Shown here in pieces: positions 50,101-62,100 of a stretch of DNA of 64,000 nt. The stretch is from Candidatus Omnitrophota bacterium (lineage in GTDB: Bacteria; Omnitrophota; Gorgyraeia; Zapsychrales; JAKLDJ01). The stretch's first letter is position 1, and each line of letters begins with the position of its first letter. The stretch covers positions 118,891 through 182,890 of the forward strand of contig JAKLDJ010000001.1 of assembly GCA_022703585.1 (NCBI GenBank). The letters run 5' to 3'. The position numbers and the translations under genes were made by a program. A model generated the notes under the pieces. The model was not told where the DNA came from and made no database searches. It worked only from the letters and a program-made list of their open reading frames with translations.

Positions 50101-53100
50101 CGAACCCGCCCGATTGAATAATGAGCTGTTCGGCACCAATTCCCCGAAGCCCGCCGTGGACCTTTTTGTAAGAATTCACTATCTTTTGCAGGATATATTT
50201 CATAACGAGAATATCGGATAAAACCTCCTGCAACCCTTTCTCCCCGAAATTTTCCCTTATCTGTGCGATTTGAGCGTTAAACATCTCCGGATAAGTCTTC
50301 ATACTCTCGGACATCGATATTTCAACTCTTGTTACCGGAATTCCTTGACGGTCTTTTAAAAGAAAAGTGAACATTTGCTTTCCGTGGGCGGGAAGATAAC
50401 CTTTGACATGATCGATGAAATAACCCTGCCGGGCTAAGGCTGTATCCAAATAAATCTTTAGCCGGGCGTTTTCTTCGTCCCGGTCAAAATCATCGGCAAA
50501 CTGTACGGTCATATCGATATCAAACCGGCCGGCCATATCCGTTTCCCGCCCGACCGAACCATGATTAATAACCACGGCCCTTTCTTTGAAATAACCGCTT
50601 AGGATACTCATGATCATTTCTACCAGCGCCTCGCGCTGCTGCCGCTCATCCCTCGACGGAATTAACTCAATGCGCGTATCGATAAAATCATCCTGCGATT
50701 GGATTTGGTCAAACAATTCTTCCAAGGCAAGCGCCATAGAAAGATTCTCCTTCAGCGTCAACACCCAGGCTTGCATGTGGGAACCGAGTTTCTTTTCTTT
50801 TCGTTCATGAAATACGATAAGCTCGAGGGCTTCTTTGGCATGGTTCCGGAAAGTTTTAATAAGCCGATCAACAAGCTCTTGGGAGGAAAGATAAATCTTG
50901 ACGGAAGAATAATCATCGCCGGCCCAGATAAAATGTAACGGACCTGCCGTGGGAGATTCTTTTCGTTGATAAAATTGCACACGGGTTTTCTTAGGTGCTC
51001 CAAAAATACTTTGCAATTCAGGGCACGGTTCATAGCCGCTATGAAATTCCTCGTTAACCTCACGCTGAAAATCTTCTTGTGTCATATTGCCCCACAAACC
51101 CCAGCCCCCGGCAAGCAAGCGGTTCAATACTAAATCCATTCGCACACCCCTATTGCCTGGCGGACGGATTGCGTCTCCCTCTTTCACCATCCCCGCCATC
51201 GGAACAGAAGCGAGTAGAAGCCCCAACAGGCTGCTTAAAAACAGGGCTGTTTCAAAAAATCCCGGCAAGGCAAAGGCCCTGAGCCCTTCTTCCAACTGAG
51301 CGCGGCGCTCAAGCAACTGCGCCTGGGCAACAGGGTCATCTCGAAGTGCGCGAATTTTTCCCTGAAATTCAGGGGTTAAAACATCAAAAACCTGATTATT
51401 CTTCTGATAGGCAATGTAAAAATATACAAACGCCTCCTCTTTCTTATCCTGGCTAAAATAGGCCCTGCCGATATCAAAATAAGCCTCCCAAGGCTCAGGG
51501 AGCAGACGAATCGCCTCAAGATAATTCTCTATAGCGCGGTCATATTCTCCTCTTTCCAGATAGAAAAGTCCGAGTTCAAAAAACGCCCCTGCGTTTTCGG
51601 GGTCAACCTCTATCGACGCTGCAAAATACCCGAGCGCCAATTCATCATTCTTAGCAAAGCCATATTCCCGCCCCAAAATGCCATACGCCATTGATTCGAT
51701 TTGTTTTTGCAATGTATTGACACCGGTCGTATCCATAGCGGCGCTCAACGGCCCCTGCAGTTCTAACGGCAATTCATCAATAACCCCGGCATCCCTCTCC
51801 TGCGCCAGGTAAAAATACGCCAGCGCCTCCTCCGGTTTATCCTGGGCAAAAGATATCCTGCCTAAGTGAAAATAGGGATACATCGGATCAGGGTCGATAG
51901 CAATCGCATTCAGAAGATACGGCCGCGCCTCATCATACATCCCTCGCTCAAGATAACAGACACCGGCCCAATTCATCGCCGCCGTATCATCCGGGCGCAA
52001 CTCAAGGACTTTAAGAAAATGGGCACACGCGCCCTCATAGTCGCCGGCGTTCTCGAGCATCAGGCCGAGGTCGTAATGCGGCCTGGCGTATTCGGGATTC
52101 TTGGCTAACGCCGTGCGGAAACATTCTTCTGCTGCCTCAAGCTCGCCCATTCTCAGATACACAATGCCGAGGCCGCTCCAGGCAATTTCATAGTAGGGAT
52201 TGATTTCAAGCGCCCTCGTAAATGTGAGCAGTGCCTGCTCAAGATCCCCGTTTCTAAAATAAGTATCTCCGCGATTGGTATAAATCCAGGAGACAATGCT
52301 TTCGGCATTTCCCTGCCGAATAGTCGTGTAAAAAGAAGGCAACTCATCGGACTGCAATTTAAATATCAGCCCGCCGTCTTTTCCGCCGGGAAAAAGCATC
52401 TCAAGGGAGCCAAGATACCCTTGAGGATTGCGGTACACAGAATGAAAATTAAATCCCGGGCTGATATAAGCGCTCTCCGTAACGCTTAAGTCGACAATAT
52501 ACGATAATAGGCCGATATCCGCCATCGTCGCTGCGTGCTCCATATTGAATTCATTCGATGTAAAAACATAGATAGGATTGATGTGCAACCCGACGGCACG
52601 GCCATAGATATAAAACAACTGGACATACCCCAGACAATTGGACTTTCGCAGCCGAAGTACCTCGCTAAGGTCCCAACCGAGCGAAGAATCTTCGTGCGGG
52701 CTGAAAGAATTCCTGATAGCTGCGACAAGAAGCTCAAGTCTTTCCATTTCATCTTGAGTCTCAAGCAGCCGCGGAATATCCAATGCCGGCGCGAGCGCGA
52801 CAAGTTCATTTGCAATCTGCGGCGAGTATTCAAACGCTTGAGCCAATTCTCTGATTTTCGCATAGGCTGCTTGCTTGGTAGGAATGGAGCGCTGCGTTTG
52901 CTGGCTGGCAGTTTCCTGCGGGGCTGACCATGCGGGGACAACAGAAATAACCGATGACATAAGGACAATAAATATGCCCGCTATAACCCTTCTAAGGAGC
53001 GTCGATACAGTTCCTGGCTTTCTAGAATTGTTTAAAACAGAAGCCGCTGCGGCATGTATCCATACCACCAGTCCGTCCCGTCGAAGACGGGACGAGATCT

Positions 53101-56100
53101 CGTCGGAAGGCGCGAAACGTTTCCCACCAGCCACGGCGAGGTTAAACGTTTCGTCTTGAAAACGCCTTCCGACGGACCCCGTTGAGATACGCGGTACTCG
53201 AGATTGAACTCTGTACCGCAGTAGTTTAAAGGTAGCCAGGGGCGGCGCCCGGCTTACGATAAAATTACGAATTGGGGGCAATACCTTTTTATGCTGACGT
53301 TGCAAGAAAAGATATGCAAGCGCACCCGCGCCGAGAATCGCCAGGGCCCATACCAGAGGCACCACGCTCAAAAGCCTGCCATCCGGCTGGTCATTCTTCG
53401 GGCAGGGATATCGTTTGCCGCTCCTGCGCGACTCTTTATTCTTCCTTTCATCTAAAATTGTCTTTATCGCCGGGCCGTCCGATCTTAAAAGGCAATATGA
53501 CAAGGCGATAAAATGGAATGCAAAGAAGGCAAAGCCGGCGGTAAAAACAACATCGTTCTCTCGATTCTTCGAAGCTATTACCCATCCCGGCACAGCCACC
53601 ATCGCATGAATAAAGGCCGGCACTAAAAGGATAATAATCCGCTGGATGTCCGTTGCGTACTTGATTTTCTTTAGCTTATTCCATCCATTGAAGATAATGG
53701 CCGGAACAATATGTCCGATAAAATGCAACCCGGTAAGGCTCAAAGGAGCGGCTACGGAAATTGTTATCATAAAAACAAGCGGATTGGAAATACACGATTT
53801 CGCATCCGGCAATTCAGTTAAAAAGACTCCAAGGATTATGCCGGCCATAATAAACAAAAGACGCATTTCCTCCTTCATTGCCTTACGGCTTTTCCAATAA
53901 TAATCACTAATGAATCCGTTCTTATGCAATTCTTCTCCGTGCTTATAAATTAAAGGCAGTATTTCTTTGTACCGCCGGGATAAGAAAAGATATACACTCG
54001 CGCCCGCGCCGAGAATCGCCAGGGCCCATACCAGAGGCACCACACTCAAAAGCCCGCCGCCCGGCTGGTCATTCTCCTGGTAAGAGTTCGCGGGGTTGGT
54101 GCCCCCGGAATACATATCCTGCTGCGAAACTCTTTGCCGCAAGAGCGCGAACATTTTAAGCCATAAAGAGGTAACCTGCGATTCGCTGATGGCCTCCTGC
54201 TCCGGCGTGTTGCGTAAATTAAGCAGCGTGCGGCTATACCCGCGTGCCCGGCCGTCAACCATTTCCAGCAGCACGGATGCAGAATGAAGACGCGCGATAA
54301 CTTTACGCATACGTTTCCCGTCGGATTCTTCATTCTTAAGATCGATTTTCTTGATCCGTTGCAAGGCTGCTTTCAGAAAATCGGCCGCAATAGCATTCAA
54401 GTGCTGCCGGTAATTTTCCAGCGGGATAAAATCTCTGCCAAAAGCCGGGATATTACGAACATAGAGAAGAGCCGTAGTTGTTTCCAGGACGTTGGTGTGC
54501 ACCCGTCCCCCTTCTATTTCGGTGCCCTGCCCCTTGCCCTGTTCTATATTTTCAAGCCCAAAGACAACAAAACTGATATCTTTAACCGGAATGTCCAGGC
54601 TGCTAAAATGTTTTTCCAAATATTCCCTGTCGATTGAACGTAACGCATAGGCATCGCCTTCGACGATGATATCGATATCAAGGTCGGAAGGATTATCGTT
54701 ATACGGCCAGCTGCCGTAAACCGAGACGGAAACAATATTCTCGCCGGGATACCGCTGTTGCCAATAACGGACAATGAGCGGCGCAATATGGGTTTGCAAA
54801 TAAACGATTCTTGCGACAACACCTTGAAGTTTCTCCTCATCCATCGATCGGCAATACATATTGCGTTCCCGCAGTATCCCCATGATCTCACCCGGTGTCA
54901 TGTGTTCGCTGACTTGTGTATCCGCCAGCACCTGAATAGGAAACCGGATATCGATTTTTGAGGCCTGCCCAAGCCAGGCAAGATATCGCCTGGCAGCATC
55001 CATGCTTATCTCGTTGGGGACAGACCCCGCCCCATCTTGGGTATGTCCCCCCTTTACACTTTGGTCTGTCCCTGATAATAGAGGGACATGTCTAGGTACA
55101 GCTGGGGGACATACCGGGGTTACAGCGGGGTCTGTCCCCTTACCCCGCTTGTTAAATAGGGGCTTAAAGGAAAGATATTTCATGCCCCAGAAAGCAATAA
55201 TACCGCTGGCCAGCAACACAATAATATTAACGGCCTGGCTTTCCGTGGGCCCTAAAGGAATGGTTGTTTCTATGCGGAGAACACTGGAGAGATATTTCTT
55301 TATTTCAGTAAGACACCAGACGCTGGAGATAAACACAACCAGCCGTTTTCTATCCTGAAACAGTTCCAGGATAAGGTTGTTCATCTTTTTACCGCCCATT
55401 TTATTAAACACATTCCTGGAAGCCATATGAAAAAGATACAGGGCGCTTACAACCGACGGTGTCGCCAGTATTTTAAAATATTGAACGTTGTCGTGATTAA
55501 GCGGTTGGCGCAATAAACACTTTAAGGCCGTATCCTCAAACAGGCATTTCAGGGAGCCATAGGAAGAATGCCGCACAAAACCGACAAATGTCAGGATTCC
55601 GGCTATCAACAGAGACGTAAGCGTGCGACCGCTGATAGGGCGATACCTAAGAAAAGAGAAACGCGAACTGCTTTTCTCGTCATCCTTTTGTGATACGGCG
55701 GAGCTGCCATGATTTACCCCGTTCTTTTTATTCCACCGGAAGATAATCGCGAGCGCAACAGATAAAATCATCGCCGCCACTATTATTTCCAGAAGAATTC
55801 TTACCATTTCCGACGGCTTACAGATTGAGGGCAATGTCTCTTTGTGCCGGCTGCACAAGAAAAGATATACAAGCGCACCCGCGCCGAGAATGGCCCAAAC
55901 CCATGCCGCCGGCGCCACGCTCAAAAGCCTGCCATCCGGTTCGTTACTCTCCGGACGAGGATTCGAAGAGTTCGTGTCTTGGGAATGCCTAAAAACTCTC
56001 TTAACCAATCTAAACACCCTTTTAATCTTTCCCTCCGGCCTTAAAATTGCGCACAAGGCTTTTGAATAGCCGAGCAATGCGGGCGAAGGCAACCAATCCA

Positions 56101-59100
56101 TTTTTTTGCCCCGGTAGGACCCTAAAATATTTTCGATAAGAATCACAGTGCCGTGTTCAACAACCGGTTCGCCGGCTACAGACCCCTCACTCTCAATATC
56201 ATCGATCTTTCTCGCATACGAACCTGCGGTCGTGCCGTCCGGTCCGCGATGAAATTCCGCGATCACACACCGATACGATTCGCGATAAGTCTCCCCTAAA
56301 GCCGCGCCGTTTAATCCTTTTACCCTGTTGGTATGCAATCCCGCGACAGCCTGTCGAATGGCAATCGGATTTCCATACTCATCCCTAAAACCCGTCCCGG
56401 CATCGAAAAGCAAAAACTGAAAGGCATACTTTTCTCCAAAATCTCCAAACCTCTTAACCCGGCGAACTAACAGGGCTCCCCGGCCGCCCCCGTGCTGTTG
56501 AAGATTCTCTAGAGAAGCGCTCATGGCCCGTTTACTTGAGGACATCGCAAAATAATTCGCCTCAGGAAAGACGCTCCGAGAAAACGCCACATTGACAATC
56601 GTCCAGAAGAAGTCTGATAACTCGTGCGCATTACCGGTTTTTCCGGCAAAACCCAGCTCCCAAAGCTGCTGCTGTATGCCAAAAGAAAAATCTTCGCCGG
56701 CTTCTTTTCCCAAAACTTCCTGCCAAACCATTGGCAGAATTTTCTGAACGTCCGGATCTCCGTCAAAAACTGCCCCCATTGATAGGTCTTCCGTTATCAC
56801 CTCCCCGCTTCTGGCCTGGCTTCGCCCAAGGGCTTCGCCGAGGCGAGTGGGCCGAGGCTCGCCCGCCTCGGCTTTTGCCTTCGTCGAGGCCGGGTCTTTC
56901 CGACTATCGCCGGAAAGACGGCCCAGCATAAACAAGACAGGCAGGATAAAAACCGATAAACCGGGAATCAAGGCCCACAACTCCAGCTGTTCCGGCTGAG
57001 CGCCCCGGCCTGGCTCCGGTTGAACGCCCCGGCTTTGTTCCTGCCAATGGCTATTGTCAATCACCATATCAAAGACGGGATAATCGCGCAGCATGCTGCC
57101 GATGGACGGCATCGACAGCTCATCGACAACCTCCGTTATTCTTACACCAGGATTATCGAGGCGGATATTCTCCTGGCGTGTTTTTGGGTCAGCGTACACG
57201 AGCACTTTGACGTCAAAGACAAGCGGAGTATATTCTTCCAAAAACAGCGCGCTCCACCCCTCGACAACAATCATGCGTACGGTGCTGTTTCTTTGCAATT
57301 GCTCAATCTGCCCGGTGATCCTTAACATCGGCTCTTCGAGAGTAACGCTCCGGGAATCGGCATGGAGAACAACAACCCCATCCAACTGCTGCTCCAGAAG
57401 TCCGGCTATGTGCGTCTTACCCGTCGCCGTCTTTCCTGTCAACGCCACATACAGAGGCCGGTTAGCCCGAGACCTTTTGGAAAGATTTTTCATGTGTCTG
57501 AGAGCCACTTCCACTGAAATAGGTTTCCGGGAAAACTTCCGCCACATCGCCATAAGGCCCGCGCGGAATGCCGCAAAATCATCGCCTTTCGTTATCTCCA
57601 AAATCCTGTCAAGTTTAGAGGTCAACAAATACCGTTCATTCACCGGGGTGGCATCGATAAGCTTTCCGATGAGATTCTGCGCAAATCCCGGTTCCTGCTG
57701 GCGCAGGCGGATCAATTCGCGGACAAGAAACCTGACATTAAGCGTTCCTAAATCTTTGTCAAAAGGCGTTAAAGTATTCAGCGCGCAGATAATCACTTTA
57801 TACAAGTAAGGCCCGTACTCCCGGGGCAGCGCGTTAACCGATTCCGCGATAGCGGGAATATCTTTAGGATCCTGGGCATAATAGACACGCTCATAAACTA
57901 ATTCACTGATCGGCAATACCCGATTTCCGGATGTATTGATCATTCCCGACAGCGGCAGAAAGATAAGCCCGGGCAGGAAACAACCGAGCCTTTCTGCGCC
58001 GGGATCTTTGACAATACTCTGGCTATCGCGCCTCATGATGGCGACGGGGACACTGATTGAATCCGACGCCGCATGGATGTAGCGCGAGCCGCTTCGAGTT
58101 GTCGCCTTGACGGCAAATAACCCTCCGTTATCCAAATAATAATAAGGTGTCAGCCGGGCCGGGCCTTCCATGGTACGGTAGGCGCATGATGCCGCGTCAT
58201 AATAAGTCCACGGCATCTTCCGCGGCTTGAGGGCTTCCTGGATAACATATGTTTCCTTATCTCCCAGGGCCTGGCGGATCAACCGCCCTACTTTGTCATG
58301 AGATTCTCCATCCAAAAACCACAAGTTCATGCCCCACGATTGGTTGGTGGGCTTAAGCACAAACTGCCGTTGTCTTCTTTTAAGATTCTTTATCTCTTCC
58401 CACTGCCGAACACCCAGCTCTTTTAATTCCTCGGGTATGTACGCGTTATCCACCACCCACGTTTTGGGTATAAGCCCCATCAAGATCCGGTAATGTTCCC
58501 TACCCAATTTTTGTTCAAACCAGGGATTGTATTCCGGAGAGTGAAACAGCGCCAAGGGGATCTTGCCTTCGCAAAAAGCGCTTAAGCCGGGCACTAAGGT
58601 GATACGCCCTTCCTTCGCGAGGCGGATTATTTCTTCGACAGAGGAATTACTGTGGCGGTCTTTCACATAAAAACAGCGGTAAACGGTTAATCCGGATTCC
58701 TGCCGGAGCAACCGGATGAATCCGTCATCCGTCTGCGGCGGAGCCCTGGTATCGTCGAGTAAAAAGGCTGTCGCGTTAATGCCGACGGACTGCAGCTCTT
58801 GGGTAAAATATTGAATCTGCCCGAGGAATTTTCTTGTCCGTTCATTGGCGGCAAAAATAATCTTTTTATCTTGAAGTGAGCCGCTGTCTCCCGCACTCAA
58901 GACTCTTTGGGCAAAACTCTTAAGAAAATCCTCTCCGGTGAGGCCCAAAACCTCAAAGCCGCTTTCCTGATAGATCTTCTGGAGCAGATACACCAGGCCC
59001 AGGCCGTAAAAAGAAGTTTCAAGCTCAACCATCCCCATGCCGTTTTCGGTCATAACCAAATCCGGCCGGATAAAGATATTCCCCGCCCTATTGGCATCAT

Positions 59101-62100
59101 CCAGCAGGCCCTTGTGATCAAGCCGAACATGGCACTCCGACGACCAAATGTAACGATACCACCGTGAATCAACCGGCAAAAGAGTCCGGTCGTGAACAAG
59201 GTCCAGGCATGCCGCAAAAAATTCCCTCAATGCCTGGCAGGCATGCTCCAGGAGAGCAGCCTCTTGTTGGCTGATATATAACGGCTCCGGACTGACACGA
59301 AACGGCACGTTTTCGACAGAAATAATTTCGCCGCTTCTGGAAGGATAAATCCATCCCTCCGGCCGGTGAGAGGCCTCTTGATCCATCGCGGCCAAAACCG
59401 GATCGTTTTCTTTGATCCCCGCAAGCGAGAATGGAACCGAAAACAGAAACATTAACGACCCGGGCAGAATAAAACAACCCACCGAATGGTCAGTTGACAC
59501 TTCATCCCCGTCGTCTTTCCTGCCGGAATGCCGGCGGCTTAAAACATAATAATCAAATTGACGATACCCGGGCATCACATCTAAAACGCCCATTATGGTC
59601 GCGCGCAATTTCATCATAATCAATTTTAGCGCGGCGCCGTTAGAGAACATTTCTGACATGGCCTGCAGCGGCATCGCCGCGTATCCGACAATCGGCAAGC
59701 CGGACACCACAACCCAATACCAGCGAAAGACCACATCGCGATTGCGCGCCGCTGACAGCAGGGTAACGACAAACCTGAAGATACCGGGAATAAAGCATCC
59801 AAAGATTGCCAGCCTGACCGGCGCGGACCAGTGAAAGCTATGCTCGATAAAAATCATCCGGTACAGGTCACCCGTCGCGTATGCGCTCAACGCCCCCGCG
59901 ATCACATCGCCGGGGAATTTAAAAACGGTGTGCCAGAAAAATACCAGCGAATAGGTCAGCCATTCTTTGGTTTTTGTGGCGGCGTGAAAACGTTCGTATT
60001 CCGCGCGCGGCATCTTGCCGGCATCGTGCATTTTCTCAACGTCTTCCAAAAGCCAGGTATTGATTTTAAGAATTGTTCCCGCTTTAAAATCTCCCCACGA
60101 GCGCGAACGATAGCTGTTTTTAATCAGCGGCCAAAGCAGGCGGCCGACATGCCGCCATGTTTGCGTGTTAAAAATAAGCGCGCGGCTTATCTTGTCGACA
60201 AGCGGAATTCCGTCGAGAGTGGCAAGCAGGACATACAACGGCGTATGCCGTTTCAGACGCTGTGCCGTCGCGGGTGAAATATCTTCACTCGCCAACCAAT
60301 AGCGAATCATCGTATCTTTAATATAAAAGTTTTTAGAGACACGGCCGGTTATCCGCCCCCAGAAATCAAGCCGGCTGGCATCGTAGATGCCGCACAGTTC
60401 TTCATAGAAAGCAAGGCGGGCACCCATCCGTTCTGCCTCTTCGCCGCGCATGTGGTCGCCGATATAGTCCGACAGCGCTGCGGGGTCAAGCCGGTCAAAC
60501 ATCACCCGGTAGTTTCCGGCTCGAAACGCCCTTAAAATCGCCGCCGCGTGATAGGGATAGAAAAAGACCATAATCGGAATTGCCGGCGTGCGGTCGACCC
60601 AGACAAATTCCCCCGAATGCCGCCGCATAATATTCTTATAGGTCTGCGCCGGGCCGTCGAAGCGGTCATCAATCTGATAGAGATGCTCGTTAAACCCGGC
60701 CTTTTCCGCCAGCAGGCGAAAACGCCGAAGGTTTTCTTCGTACATCTTGCGGTTTGCCTGGCCGCTAAAACCATTGCCGCCGTCAATCCATTCCACCACT
60801 TCACCGTAGGCGCGATGGCTGACGCTAAAGAATATCGCCCGCGAACGCGCCACCACCGGCGCGCCGACCTCATGCTCGGCAACATCGGCGAGCATGTCGC
60901 CCACGACCATATTGAGCAGCACCGCTTCCTTAATATAGCGATAGGGAAAACGCGATTGATAGGCTACGGCGTGGGAAAGATTTCTTAAAAATTCTTTGAT
61001 GGCGCCGCTTAGGCCCGACAAGGCATACACCCGTAGCGCCACCGGAGTACCGGTTTTAAGGTCAACCGCCCTGTAGACGCTGGCGCCAAGGCCGCTACCC
61101 GCGAAACTTTCAATCCGGTATCGCCGTTTTTCTTTTCTTAAAATATCGCGAAGGTTAAAGCCTGAGGCATGATGAAACGCGTAAGAAAGCCGCTCCTCAT
61201 CAATGACTTCGGTATCCAGTGCGACGGTTTCCCCGCGGACAAATAAACGCTCATCCGTATCTTGCATGCTGACTTCCGCGTCCACAGACTCTTTGATTGC
61301 TTGACTTCGCCGGCGTTCGGCTAAACCCGCGATTAAACCTTGCAACTCTTTTACGTCAGACGTTACCCCCAGCACCGATTCGTCATTAACCCAATATTCC
61401 ACATCTTCCTGGTGGGTTGTGTAGAATACGACCGGGATATTTATTTTTGCCTTCATCATCTCCTGAAGTAAACAGACACCACAACCATCAGGCATATCAA
61501 AATCAAGAACGACCAGGCCAATTCGCTGTATGCCTTTTTCAATCTTCTGCCATGCCTCTTGACAGCCATTGGCATGAACCACTGTATAGCCTTGGGCCGT
61601 CAATATCCTATCCAAATGTCTGTGCACATCCTCGGAATCATCGACAACCAATATCTGTAAATGATCTTCAAAAGACGCCGTCATCCCCGTCCGGCAAAGC
61701 CTTCTTGAGGCTTTGCCGAGATCTCGGCGTTCCGACCCCTCGTCGGAACGCCGGACCATCCCCACAACAGGTAAGCCCACTAGCGGCAGGAAGATAAGCC
61801 CGGGCAGGAAACAGCCCAACGATTCAGGTTCACATCCAAAGGCACGGTAGTAGTGCTCCATCTCTTTGTCGGACACCTTGGTATCAAGCTTGTAATCGGC
61901 GCGCGCGGCAGCCAAAAGCTCCGCCAGGAATTGTCGTCGTTCTGCTTTGGGAATTTTGGTCACGCGGCTGATGTCACGGTTAGACAGCGCGTAAATCATC
62001 GCAAGCATTCTTTCCCGTTTGTGTTTGGTGAGGGTGCGGATCATGGTGCGCAGGTCTTTAACTTTGATCATCAGAAGAACAGTATCGCAGGCGATAAATG

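Noticed and set aside
57093-57809. 238-aa plus-strand ORF (and many other 60-160-aa plus-strand ORFs between 41 and 64 kb)
   Set aside because: All lie antisense within the continuous giant minus-strand frame. They have low-complexity Ser/Arg/Cys-rich translations typical of antisense frames, and no RBS
43330-61835. Lipobox interpretation of the recurring L-G-C-F motif in the giant protein
   Set aside because: The Cys precedes rather than follows the hydrophobic stretch and the motif is internal, so it does not fit the [LVI][ASTVI][GAS]C signal-peptidase-II context
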